Shown: positions 37,869 through 46,812 of the stretch, one piece after another | Layout: each line of letters starts with the position of its first letter | How positions within the stretch are numbered: the first letter of the stretch is position 1 | DNA from: Candidatus Aminicenantales bacterium | Lineage (GTDB): Bacteria > Acidobacteriota > Aminicenantia > Aminicenantales > UBA4085 | DNA length: 64,000 nucleotides | Reading direction: 5' to 3' | NCBI GenBank assembly: GCA_049697115.1 | Contig: JBAVVD010000048.1 | Location: 18,151-82,150, forward strand | Notes under the pieces: generated by a model | Told to the model about the DNA's origin: nothing | The model's input: the letters and a program-made list of their open reading frames with translations, nothing else | The model's database searches: none | Made by a program: the position numbers and the translations under genes

Positions 37869-38645
37869 TTAAGAAAATGCCTTGACTTCACTTCTCGCCT
37901 CTCTTCTGAGCACAGTCTTCTTGCGTGTTTTCATGTTGTACTTATTTACGAGATACCGTAAAGAGCGGTATCTTATCCCTAGTAGGGTCGCTGTTTTTCT
38001 CATGTTGCCTCTGGCCGCCACTCTGGCCTCCTGGATACATTTTTTGGAAATTTCGTCCAGATGAGCCTCGAGTTTGAATCCCGGCTTCAGAAGAGACCGT
38101 GTCTCTTCCTGCTTTTTCGTGGCCAGGATATCCACAGGAAGGCTGGCCGCGGTGATCGTCTCCCTGTCCTCCACGGCCACCAATCGCTCAATCACATTTT
38201 CCAGTTCACGGACATTCCCCGGCCAGGAATAAGACTCAAAAAAGCCGATGACTTCCGGAGTCAGCCTCTTCATTTTGCGATCCATCTTCCGGCAGTGCTT
38301 TTGGAGAAAATGAGAGACCAGAATCGGGATGTCTTCAACCCTCTTTCTTAAAGGAGGCATTTCGAAAGAAATGACATTCAGCCGGTAAAAAAGCTCTTCC
38401 CGGAATTTTCCTTCCTCTATTCTTTTTTTCAAATCCTGGTTTGTAGCCGCAATGATCCGGACATCCACAGGGATTTCCTCTGTTCCGCCGACTCTCCGGA
38501 TCTTCCTTTCCTGAAGAACGCGAAACAATTTGACTTGAGTCCAGAGGGACATCTCTCCCACCTCATCCAGAAAAAGAGTTCCGGATTGGGCGGCTTCAAA
38601 CATTCCCCTTTTATCCGAGAGAGCCCCTGTGAAAGATCCTCTCAT
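37869..38645 (-). CDS. sigma-54-dependent Fis-family response regulator, C-terminal fragment (PilR/NtrC-like)
   Basis: The product begins MRGSFTGA (the GAFTGA loop) and has a C-terminal HTH_8. It is separated from the N-terminal part by a single in-frame TAG at 38664-38666. Confidence 0.7.
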   Translation of the reverse strand: MRGSFTGALSDKRGMFEAAQSGTLFLDEVGEMSLWTQVKLFRVLQERKIRRVGGTEEIPVDVRIIAATNQDLKKRIEEGKFREELFYRLNVISFEMPPLRKRVEDIPILVSHFLQKHCRKMDRKMKRLTPEVIGFFESYSWPGNVRELENVIERLVAVEDRETITAASLPVDILATKKQEETRSLLKPGFKLEAHLDEISKKCIQEARVAARGNMRKTATLLGIRYRSLRYLVNKYNMKTRKKTVLRREARSEVKAFS

Positions 38646-38663
38646 GTGGCCGAAGAGCTCGCT

Positions 38664-39287
38664 CTACAGAAGGTTTTCCGGCAGTGCCGCGCAATTGATG
38701 GAGACAAAAGCATTTTCCCGCCGGTGGCCGGTCACATGGATGGCCCGCGCGGCCATTTCTTTGCCTGTTCCGCTTTCCCCCGTGATGATTACCGTTGAAT
38801 CGGTGGCCGCAATCTTTTCAATCAGATTGAAGACGTCTCTCATCACCTTGCTTTTGCCGATCATATTCTCAAAGCTGGACTGATCATTGAGTTTCTTTCT
38901 CAAAAAAATATTTTCCTCTTTGAGCCTCCGCCCCTCCAGGCCATGGGAAACGATTATTTTCAGCTCTTCGATGTCAAAGGGCTTCACGACATAGTCCATG
39001 GCTCCGAATTTCAGGGCCTCCACAGCCTGCTTGATGCTTCCATAGGCCGTGATCATGACGACGGGAATAATCGGCTTCTGTTGCTTGATATGCTTCAAAA
39101 TTTCCATTCCGTCGACCTGAGGCATTTTGATATCACAGATGAGGAGGTCAAAATCCTCTTTGTCAATCAGTTCAAAGACGTTAGGCGAGCCAATGCTCGT
39201 CCTGACCCGGAATCCTTCCTTTTTAAACACGACACTCAACAGGTCAAGGATGCTCTTTTCATCGTCAATGATAAGGATGTTCTCCAT
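38664..39287 (-). CDS. sigma-54-dependent response regulator, N-terminal fragment (receiver plus start of AAA+ domain)
   Basis: A REC domain (DDEKSILDLL...DLLICDIKMP) is followed by ESGTGKEMAARAIH and NCAALPENLL, then the TAG stop. Confidence 0.7.
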   Translation of the reverse strand: MENILIIDDEKSILDLLSVVFKKEGFRVRTSIGSPNVFELIDKEDFDLLICDIKMPQVDGMEILKHIKQQKPIIPVVMITAYGSIKQAVEALKFGAMDYVVKPFDIEELKIIVSHGLEGRRLKEENIFLRKKLNDQSSFENMIGKSKVMRDVFNLIEKIAATDSTVIITGESGTGKEMAARAIHVTGHRRENAFVSINCAALPENLL

Positions 39288-39302
39288 TTCTAATTGATTC
39301 CT

Positions 39303-40580
39303 TTAGCCTTGCAGTTTATTTCTCCCGGTTTTCATCGGCAATGTGATGAGGACCTCCGTGCCTTTCTCAAGTTCAGAGGAAACCTGAATTTTTCCCTGAT
39401 AATCTTCGACGATGCGCTGAATCACAGCCATTCCCAGGCCTCTCCCGTCTCCAAACTGAGAATAAAAAGGCTCAAAAATTCTTTCCCTGACTTCTTGGCT
39501 CATTCCTTTTCCTGTGTCGGCCACTCTCAGTTTGAGTTCATTCATCTTCTCCCGTAGGAAATCGATCGTCAGCACGCCGCCTTCCGGCATGGCCTTGAGC
39601 GCATTTTTGGTCAGATTCCAGAAAATCTGCCTGAATTGATGGCTGTTTCCATAAAAATATATTCCTGCGGCCTCATAATTCCCTTCAATTCGGTAGCGGC
39701 TGTCCAATTCGCCGCTTTTTTGAAACATGATCAACGTCTCTTTCAGGACTTCCGAAAGGTTGATCATGGAAAACACATGTTTTTCCGGCGACGCCAGGTC
39801 CAAGAACTGTTCAATCGACTGGGATGCCCGCTCGGACTCTTTGAGGATGATGCTCATCAAATTCCTCTGTTCTTCATTGAGGGCCAGCTCCTCTTTAAGG
39901 ACTTGAACCGATCCCGAAATGGCGGCCAAAGGATTTCTGATTTCATGGGCAATGAGAGCGGAAACCCGTCCCGCCGTGGCCTGATGCTCTTTGATTTCCA
40001 GCTCCTTCTGAGCCAGCCGCAGCTGCTCTCTTGTTTTTTTCAAATTTCCTTCCAAGTAATTGACCAGAAAGGCGATGACGAAAAAGAGCGCCCAGGAGAT
40101 AAAGATGGTGTAAAAAACGATTCCCAATGAGAGGTCCATCTCCTGATCGCTGCGGAAGAAAGGGATAATTCCATAATACAATCCGTCGACCAGCAGCCCG
40201 AATAATATGGCGGACAGAGAGGCCACGAGATAGGTTGTCCGGCCGGAGAGAATAAGGCCGGCGGCGATGATGGCGAACACATAGAGAAAGTATATGCTGC
40301 TGGACAATCCGCCGGTGATATAGACCAGCGCCGTGATGAGCAGAAGGTCAAAGATAATCTGCATCCCCGCCTGAAAGCCATAATGTTTCTCCCAGACATA
40401 AAGTACAAGATAGACAAGGCTCAGGGCGTAGAACAGCAAAATGATCAGGTAAAAGGGACCGAGGGGGAGAAAAACAGCGGTGGATAATTGGATGATCACC
40501 GCTGAAATGAAAAGGGAAGAGACGACGAGCAACCGGCACAAAATGAGCCAAAAAACATACCTCTTCTCGACGACTCTCAT
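39303..40580 (-). CDS. sensor histidine kinase (PilS-like)
   Basis: The product has six TM helices, a HisKA H-box (LIAHEIRNPLAAI) and HATPase_c (DTGKGM...GLGMAV). Confidence 0.8.
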   Translation of the reverse strand: MRVVEKRYVFWLILCRLLVVSSLFISAVIIQLSTAVFLPLGPFYLIILLFYALSLVYLVLYVWEKHYGFQAGMQIIFDLLLITALVYITGGLSSSIYFLYVFAIIAAGLILSGRTTYLVASLSAILFGLLVDGLYYGIIPFFRSDQEMDLSLGIVFYTIFISWALFFVIAFLVNYLEGNLKKTREQLRLAQKELEIKEHQATAGRVSALIAHEIRNPLAAISGSVQVLKEELALNEEQRNLMSIILKESERASQSIEQFLDLASPEKHVFSMINLSEVLKETLIMFQKSGELDSRYRIEGNYEAAGIYFYGNSHQFRQIFWNLTKNALKAMPEGGVLTIDFLREKMNELKLRVADTGKGMSQEVRERIFEPFYSQFGDGRGLGMAVIQRIVEDYQGKIQVSSELEKGTEVLITLPMKTGRNKLQG

Positions 40581-40585
40581 TGGCT

Positions 40586-41794
40586 TTAGAACTGCTCCAT
40601 AAGCTTAAAGATGGGCAGATACATCGAAAGAACAAGCGTGCCCACCAGCCCGCCCACGAAAATTAAAAGAATTGGCTCCAATATGGAAAGAAGGGAAGCG
40701 ACGGCCGCGCTCACCTCATCATCGTAAAAATCAGCCAATTTATTCAACATCTGGTCCAGAGTTCCTGTCGCTTCTCCGACGCTGACCATCTGAATCAACA
40801 TAAAGGGAAATTGTCCGGTTTCTCTAAAAGAATCCGTAAGGCTTCTTCCTTCGGTCACCGACTTCCGGGCCTTCATGATTCCGCTTTCAATGACGACATT
40901 GCCGGCCGTTGAGGAAGTGATCTTCAGGCTCTCGAGCATGGCCACACCCCCCGAAAGGAGCGTGCTCAGCGTCCGGGTCAACCGGGCAATGGAGACTTTC
41001 TTGAGAAGTTTCCCAAAAAGAGGCGTCTTGAGAAAGGCCCGGTCTGTGGCCCATCTTCCCTGCGGCGTTTTTCGGATGTATCGGAAAAGAAAAATCAAAC
41101 CCATTATTCCCGCGGCAACGAAGACAATATAATTGGAGACAAAATTGCTGAGCTGGACCACCATCGCGGTCAGGAAAGGAAGATCTGCGCCAAGCTCTTT
41201 AAAGATATTGGCAAAAATCGGAATGACTTTCCACAGCAAGAAAATGGACACAAGAATAGCGAAGAGGACAATGGCCGTTGGATAGATCATTGCCTGTTTG
41301 ACCTGAGAGCGAAGCTTGACGGCTTTTTCGATGAATTCCGCCAATCGTTGGAGCATCACATCCAGAGATCCGCTCTGTTCGCCGGAAGCAATCAGATTGC
41401 AGTAAAGGTCATCAAAAGCCTTGGGGAATTTCCTTTTGGCCTGGTTCAGGCTTGACCCGGCTTCGACATCTTCTCTAACGCTGTTGATGACCTTCTTGAA
41501 ATATTTATTTCGGGACTGCTCGGCAAGGATATTCAGGCTCTGAATTAACGGCAGTTCGGCATCGATCAATACGGAAAGCTGGCGGCTGTAGACGGCCAGC
41601 TCCTTGAGCGTTACTTTTTCCCTTTGCAGAAAAGGAATCTTAAGCGCGGGGCGTTTTATGGATATATTCGAAACCGTAATTTGTTCTTTCTGGAGAAGGC
41701 GCGCCATCTCTTCAGGAGAACCGGCCACCCGTTCTCCGCCGACTAAGTCTCCGTATCGATTTTTCCCTTTCCACGCATACAGGGCCATTTTCAA
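40586..41794 (-). CDS. pilC: type IV pilus assembly protein PilC (GspF family)
   Basis: Two T2SSF repeats are present in a 402-aa product. Confidence 0.85.
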   Translation of the reverse strand: MKMALYAWKGKNRYGDLVGGERVAGSPEEMARLLQKEQITVSNISIKRPALKIPFLQREKVTLKELAVYSRQLSVLIDAELPLIQSLNILAEQSRNKYFKKVINSVREDVEAGSSLNQAKRKFPKAFDDLYCNLIASGEQSGSLDVMLQRLAEFIEKAVKLRSQVKQAMIYPTAIVLFAILVSIFLLWKVIPIFANIFKELGADLPFLTAMVVQLSNFVSNYIVFVAAGIMGLIFLFRYIRKTPQGRWATDRAFLKTPLFGKLLKKVSIARLTRTLSTLLSGGVAMLESLKITSSTAGNVVIESGIMKARKSVTEGRSLTDSFRETGQFPFMLIQMVSVGEATGTLDQMLNKLADFYDDEVSAAVASLLSILEPILLIFVGGLVGTLVLSMYLPIFKLMEQF

Positions 41795-41803
41795 CCTCTT
41801 CTC

Positions 41804-42922
41804 TTATTGTTTTTTGGCATTGGCCGCATAGCCGAAAGAAATATGCCGAGAGGATTCTCTCTTTTGAATGATCTCCGTCAATTCCTCCGGAAAGGAGGTG
41901 ACGAACATGGCCGTCTCCAGGGTAATGAGCTTGTTAAAATAAAGATTGGCCAGAGACTGATTGAAGGTCTGCATCCCATATTTCTCCTGCCCCAATTGCA
42001 TGGATGAGTAGATCTGATGAAGTTTGTTCTCTCTGATGAGATTCCGTATGGCCGAATTCGGGATGAGGATCTCCGTAGCCAAAACCCTTCCCTTTCCGTC
42101 TGCCCGGGGCAGTAGAGCCTGTGTCACCACCGCTTCCAGGGTCATGGAAAGCATAATTCTCGCCTGGGACTGGTATTGGGGCGGAAAAATATCTATGATG
42201 CGGGAGATTGTCTCTGAAGCCGAATTGGTATGGAGGGTGGAAAAAGTCAGATGGCCGGTTTCGGCCACGCGTAAAGTCGCCTCCACAGTCTCTAAATCCC
42301 TCATTTCTCCGACAAGGACGACATCCGGGTCTTCACGCAAAACGGAACGGAGCGCATTGGCATAGGATAATGTATCCACATATAGCTCTCTCTGGTTAAT
42401 CAGGGCTTTTTTGGGAGTAAAAAAGTATTCGATCGGGTCTTCGATGGTGACAACATGAACGTCTCTTTCGTTGTTAATATGATCTATCATACACGCCAGA
42501 GTGGTGGATTTTCCGCATCCGGTCGGCCCGGTGATCAGAATGAGTCCGCGCGGCAAATAGCAGAGCTGGGAAACGCGCTGGGGAATTCCCAGTTTTGAAA
42601 AGCTCCACATTTCCGGGAGAAACCTCCGGATAGCCGCGCCCACAGCCCCTTTCTGCATGAAAATGTTGGCCCTGAACCTCCCCAGTTCTTTAATGCCGAA
42701 AGAAAAATCCAGCTCCAGCTTTTCTTCGAACAGTTTCTTCTGTTTGTCCGTTAAAATGCTATAAATGAGCTGCTTGGTCTCCACCGGATTGAGCGGGGGA
42801 TAGTCGATGGACTTGAGCCCTCCATGGACCCTGAGCCGGGGCGGCACATAAGTCGTAATATGCAAATCACTGGCATCCGCATCCACAGCAATCTTGAGTA
42901 ACTCATGAATGGAAAGGCTCAT
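41804..42922 (-). CDS. pilT: twitching motility ATPase PilT
   Basis: ITGPTGCGKSTT (Walker A) and the Asp/His boxes are present in a 372-aa product. Confidence 0.9.
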   Translation of the reverse strand: MSLSIHELLKIAVDADASDLHITTYVPPRLRVHGGLKSIDYPPLNPVETKQLIYSILTDKQKKLFEEKLELDFSFGIKELGRFRANIFMQKGAVGAAIRRFLPEMWSFSKLGIPQRVSQLCYLPRGLILITGPTGCGKSTTLACMIDHINNERDVHVVTIEDPIEYFFTPKKALINQRELYVDTLSYANALRSVLREDPDVVLVGEMRDLETVEATLRVAETGHLTFSTLHTNSASETISRIIDIFPPQYQSQARIMLSMTLEAVVTQALLPRADGKGRVLATEILIPNSAIRNLIRENKLHQIYSSMQLGQEKYGMQTFNQSLANLYFNKLITLETAMFVTSFPEELTEIIQKRESSRHISFGYAANAKKQ

Positions 42923-42934
42923 AGCAAAATCCTC

Positions 42935-44659
42935 CTAATCCTTCACTGTCTCTCGAAGCACCTCATCAATGGAAGTGACGCCGGTCTTAATCTTGACCAA
43001 TCCGCTCCGTCGCAGGGTCGTCATTCCCTGCTCCATCGCCTTCTTTTTAATTTCTTTGGACTGGGCTTTAAGGAGTATGAGTTCTTTTATGCTTGGGGTA
43101 ACTTCCATGACTTCAAAAAGAGCTGTTCGCCCTTTATAACCCGTGTTGTTACACGCCTCACATCCCTTGGGGGCAAGAATGGTGACCGCCTCTGCCTCCT
43201 CATTGGAAAAGCCCAATTCCAAAAGGGTTTGTTGAGGGACATCCTGAGGAACATTGCATTTCTTGCACAGGCGCCTGACAAGCCTCTGGGCCACGATGAG
43301 AATAATGGAATCCGCAATTAAAAAGGGCTCGACATTCATGTTGATCAGTCTGTGAATCGTGCTGGCCGCATCATTCGTATGGACCGTTGAAAAAACCAGA
43401 TGTCCTGTCAGCGCGGCCTTAATGGCAATGTCCGCCGTTTCGGTATCCCTCATTTCTCCGACGAGCATGACGTCCGGATCCTGCCTGAGGAAGGCGCGGA
43501 GAGAGGTGGCAAAATCCAAGTTGATTTCCTCACGGATGTTGACCTGATTGATGCCCGGTATATAGAATTCGACGGGATCTTCAGCTGTCATGATATTCTT
43601 TTCAAGAGCGTTGAGGTTTGAAATCGCCGAATAGAGAGTATTCGTCTTGCCGCTTCCCGTAGGGCCGGTGACCAAGATAATCCCCCAGGGCCTGACAATG
43701 GCCTTCTTGAACACATCGAGAGACTCCGGCTCAAAGCCCAATTGGGTCAAGTCCGTCTTCAGCCCTTCCCGGTCCAGAATTCGAGTCACGACTTTCTCTC
43801 CGAAAATCGTGGGAAGAGAGGAGACGCGCATGTCGACTTCTTTGCGTCCGCCTTTCTCAAGTTTGGCCTTCATTTTAATCCGTCCGTCCTGGGGCAGTCT
43901 CTTCTCGGCAATATTCATGTTGGAAAGGATCTTGATCCGCGAAATCACGGGGTTCTTGAATTTCAAGGGAAGATTCATGGTTTCATAGAGAATTCCGTCA
44001 ATGCGGTACCGCACCCGGAAGGAGCGTTCGTACGATTCGAAATGGACATCGCTGGCCCCTTTTTTAATGGCTTCAATAAGTATGTTATTCACAAGGGTGA
44101 TGATCGGCGCCTCGTCCGATGCCTGTTCAGCTTCTTCGACATCATAATCTTCTTTGGGCTCTTCAATAATGCTGACCCTGGAATCCTCTGCCAGTTCGAT
44201 ATCCTCAATCGCTTTTTTGGCCTTCAGGGCATGAGAGGAGCCGTAGTGTTTATTAATGGCATTCATGATGCCCATTTCTGAAGCAATGACCGGCTGGATG
44301 CTGAGTCCGGTCCGGAAGCGAATATCTTCGATAATCTCCAAATCCGTTGGGTCAACCATGGCTAGGGTCAAAAAGGAACGAATGCGGTGGATGGGCATGA
44401 TTAAATATTTTTTGGCAATTTCCGGCTGGATGAGATTGATCACGTCGGAGTAGACCTCGAACTGATCCAGGTCGATATAGGGGTAGCCAAGCTGCCGGCT
44501 CAAACCCTGGGCCATTTCTTCTCCACTGACATAACCAAGGGCAATAATCGCGCTCCCCAGGGAAACCTCATGTTTCTTTTGGAAGTCCTGAGCGGATCGC
44601 AGCTGCTCCGGAGCTATGATTTTTTCACGGACAAGCACTTCCCCAAGAGTTGAGCCCAT
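42935..44659 (-). CDS. pilB: type IV pilus assembly ATPase PilB (GspE family)
   Basis: An N-terminal T2SE_N domain, VTGPTGSGKTNT and a tetracysteine motif are present in a 574-aa product. Confidence 0.9.
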   Translation of the reverse strand: MGSTLGEVLVREKIIAPEQLRSAQDFQKKHEVSLGSAIIALGYVSGEEMAQGLSRQLGYPYIDLDQFEVYSDVINLIQPEIAKKYLIMPIHRIRSFLTLAMVDPTDLEIIEDIRFRTGLSIQPVIASEMGIMNAINKHYGSSHALKAKKAIEDIELAEDSRVSIIEEPKEDYDVEEAEQASDEAPIITLVNNILIEAIKKGASDVHFESYERSFRVRYRIDGILYETMNLPLKFKNPVISRIKILSNMNIAEKRLPQDGRIKMKAKLEKGGRKEVDMRVSSLPTIFGEKVVTRILDREGLKTDLTQLGFEPESLDVFKKAIVRPWGIILVTGPTGSGKTNTLYSAISNLNALEKNIMTAEDPVEFYIPGINQVNIREEINLDFATSLRAFLRQDPDVMLVGEMRDTETADIAIKAALTGHLVFSTVHTNDAASTIHRLINMNVEPFLIADSIILIVAQRLVRRLCKKCNVPQDVPQQTLLELGFSNEEAEAVTILAPKGCEACNNTGYKGRTALFEVMEVTPSIKELILLKAQSKEIKKKAMEQGMTTLRRSGLVKIKTGVTSIDEVLRETVKD

Positions 44660-45037
44660 TCCTATTCCTTTCCCATTAAAACAAAATTAAATAAATTGAC
44701 AATTTTTGTCAACTTTTCTCCTATAAACTTAAGGACGAATATTTTCTTTGAATTTTCTCTCCTCTATTTAAAAGCATTTTACATAAACTTTTTTGACATT
44801 GGCTTTTATATTGGCCGACATGCTTATTGGGGTCAATCACCATTCAAGAGGATTTATAAGGTGAATTTCTGCCAGAACCTATCACCCCAAAAGGCTATTT
44901 AAAGTCAAATTACCTGTTTTTTTCAATTTTTTTCATGCTATTTCGACTAATTTAATCGCCGAATTATTATTTATTGGATCAGAATCTCAGGTGAGAAAGA
45001 AGAAGAAAGAAAGTGAGTTGAAAAGGAGAAGAAGAAG

Positions 45038-46384
45038 ATGATGACGACCAAAGAACTTTACCGCACCCTCGTTGAAAACGCCTTTGACGGCATATACATC
45101 TCATCCCCTCATGGCTTTGAATTCGTTAACCCCGCCTTTGAAAAGCTGGTTGGCTTCACACTCAATGAAATCTGCCGGAACGGATTCAATTTTATGAATC
45201 TTATCCATCCGGACGACAGAAAGCTCATCCAAACGAGAAAAAACGCGCTGGAAAGAAATGAAACTCTGCCCCCTCTTTATGAATTCCGGATCATTCCCAA
45301 GGAAGGAGGAATCAGGTATGTGGAAGTGAGCACAGTTCCCCTCAACGGAAGCAAAGGAAGAATCCTCGGGCTGATCAGGGATACGACCCGACGCAAACAT
45401 GCCGAACTGGCTCTTTATGAAAGCGAAGAGAAATACCGCTATCTCGTCGAACGCGCCAACGAGGGGATTGCCATCGTTCAGGAGGGAAGGTTCCAGTATG
45501 TCAATCCGAAACTTCTGAAACTTCTGGGCTACTCCATGGAGGAGGTCATTCACCGTTCGTTCACGGACTTAATTCAGATGAACGGACTGGACGACCTGAT
45601 CACTCCCTCTGGACTTCATTCCTCAAGTGAAGAAGCCAACAGGACTTGCGAAGTGACGGCCAGGCGTAAGGACAGCCGAACGATTCCTCTTGAGTTGAAC
45701 GCCGGGATCATCAACTATCAGGGAAAGCCCGCAAGCCTGATATTCTTCCGCGACATCACAGAACGGAAGCATGCTGAAGAAGAGCTCAATCAGACTTTGA
45801 AAAAATTGCGAAAAGCCATTGGGGCAACGATCCAGGCCATCACCAAGACCGTCGAAATCAGAGATCCTTACACAGCCGGTCACCAACGCCGCGTCGCCGA
45901 CCTTGCCCGAGCCATCGCCACCCGGATCGGCCTTTCCAAAGAAAGGATCGATGGGCTCCGGATGGCCGCTTCGATTCACGACATTGGCAAAATATCTGTT
46001 CCCAGCGAAATTCTGAGCAAACCGGGCAAAATTAATGACATGGAATTTACCTTGATCAAAACTCATCCTCAAGTCGGTTATGACATTCTAAAATCCATTG
46101 AATCTCCCTGGCCCCTTGCCCAAATCGTTCTCCAACATCATGAACGGCTGGACGGCTCCGGCTATCCTCAGGGCCTGAAAAAAGAAGATATCCTGTTTGA
46201 GGCTAAAATTCTGGGAGTGGCGGATGTCGTGGAAGCCATGGTATCCCACCGTCCCTACAGGACCGCCCACAAGTTGGAGAGTGCGCTGGAAGAGATTTCT
46301 AGCAACAGAGGAATTCTTTACGACCCTCTCAGCGTCGATGTCTGTCTGGAGCTTTTTCAGGAGAAAAAATTCTTCTTTAAATAA
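45038..46384 (+). CDS. PAS-domain HD-GYP c-di-GMP phosphodiesterase
   Basis: Two PAS repeats are followed by HD (AASIHDIGK) and HHERLDGSGYP. Confidence 0.8.
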   Translation: MMTTKELYRTLVENAFDGIYISSPHGFEFVNPAFEKLVGFTLNEICRNGFNFMNLIHPDDRKLIQTRKNALERNETLPPLYEFRIIPKEGGIRYVEVSTVPLNGSKGRILGLIRDTTRRKHAELALYESEEKYRYLVERANEGIAIVQEGRFQYVNPKLLKLLGYSMEEVIHRSFTDLIQMNGLDDLITPSGLHSSSEEANRTCEVTARRKDSRTIPLELNAGIINYQGKPASLIFFRDITERKHAEEELNQTLKKLRKAIGATIQAITKTVEIRDPYTAGHQRRVADLARAIATRIGLSKERIDGLRMAASIHDIGKISVPSEILSKPGKINDMEFTLIKTHPQVGYDILKSIESPWPLAQIVLQHHERLDGSGYPQGLKKEDILFEAKILGVADVVEAMVSHRPYRTAHKLESALEEISSNRGILYDPLSVDVCLELFQEKKFFFK

Positions 46385-46439
46385 CGGTCTAAAACGGCCG
46401 AAAAGGCGGGAATCTGTCGGCAAAAGAGGGGTAAAATCC

Positions 46440-46519
46440 TGGCGCGCCTGGAGAGACTCGAACTCCCGACCCGCTGCTTAGAAGGCAGCTGCTCTATCCA
46501 GCTGAGCTACAGGCGCACC
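46440..46519 (-). tRNA. tRNA-Arg (anticodon TCT)
   Basis: The minus strand reads GGTGCGCCTGTAGCTCAGCTGGATAGAGCAGCTGCCTTCTAAGCAGCGGGTCGGGAGTTCGAGTCTCTCCAGGCGCGCCA, a cloverleaf with anticodon loop CTTCTAA. Confidence 0.85.
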
Positions 46520-46583
46520 TTTAAACTCCCGTGAAAATTCAGGCTATGTCTTTGATCTTTCTTATTCCTGCCTTGGAGGCAAT

Positions 46584-46656
46584 CGGGGAGGTCGGATTTG
46601 AACCGACGACCTCCTGCTCCCAAGGCAGGCGCGCTAACCAGGCTGCGCCACTCCCC
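46584..46656 (-). tRNA. tRNA-Pro (anticodon GGG)
   Basis: The minus strand reads GGGGAGTGGCGCAGCCTGGTTAGCGCGCCTGCCTTGGGAGCAGGAGGTCGTCGGTTCAAATCCGACCTCCCCGA, with anticodon loop TTGGGAG. Confidence 0.8.
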
Positions 46657-46812
46657 GCTAGTCAATGAAGTAAACCAGGTCACTCTCAATCGAATCGTCC
46701 TGGGAATTTGCCCTGGCCATTGAGGCAGCTAATCTTAACAAAACAGTGGACAGCTTGTCAATTTGAAGAGAGGACTTTCCTCAACTGTCGCCTGGAGGAC
46801 CGTTTTTTCCTT

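Noticed and set aside
38664-38666. In-frame TAG as evidence of stop-codon reassignment (an alternative genetic code)
   Set aside because: All other conserved genes in the 64 kb (eno, mutL, purD, pilB and others) have uninterrupted frames ending at ordinary stops, including TAG. An isolated nonsense mutation or sequencing error is far more likely.
44660-45037. AT-rich 380-bp divergent intergenic region between pilB and the PAS-HD-GYP gene, as a possible mobile element or ncRNA
   Set aside because: I found no terminal repeats, ORFs or conserved structure. It is most simply read as a shared promoter and regulatory region.
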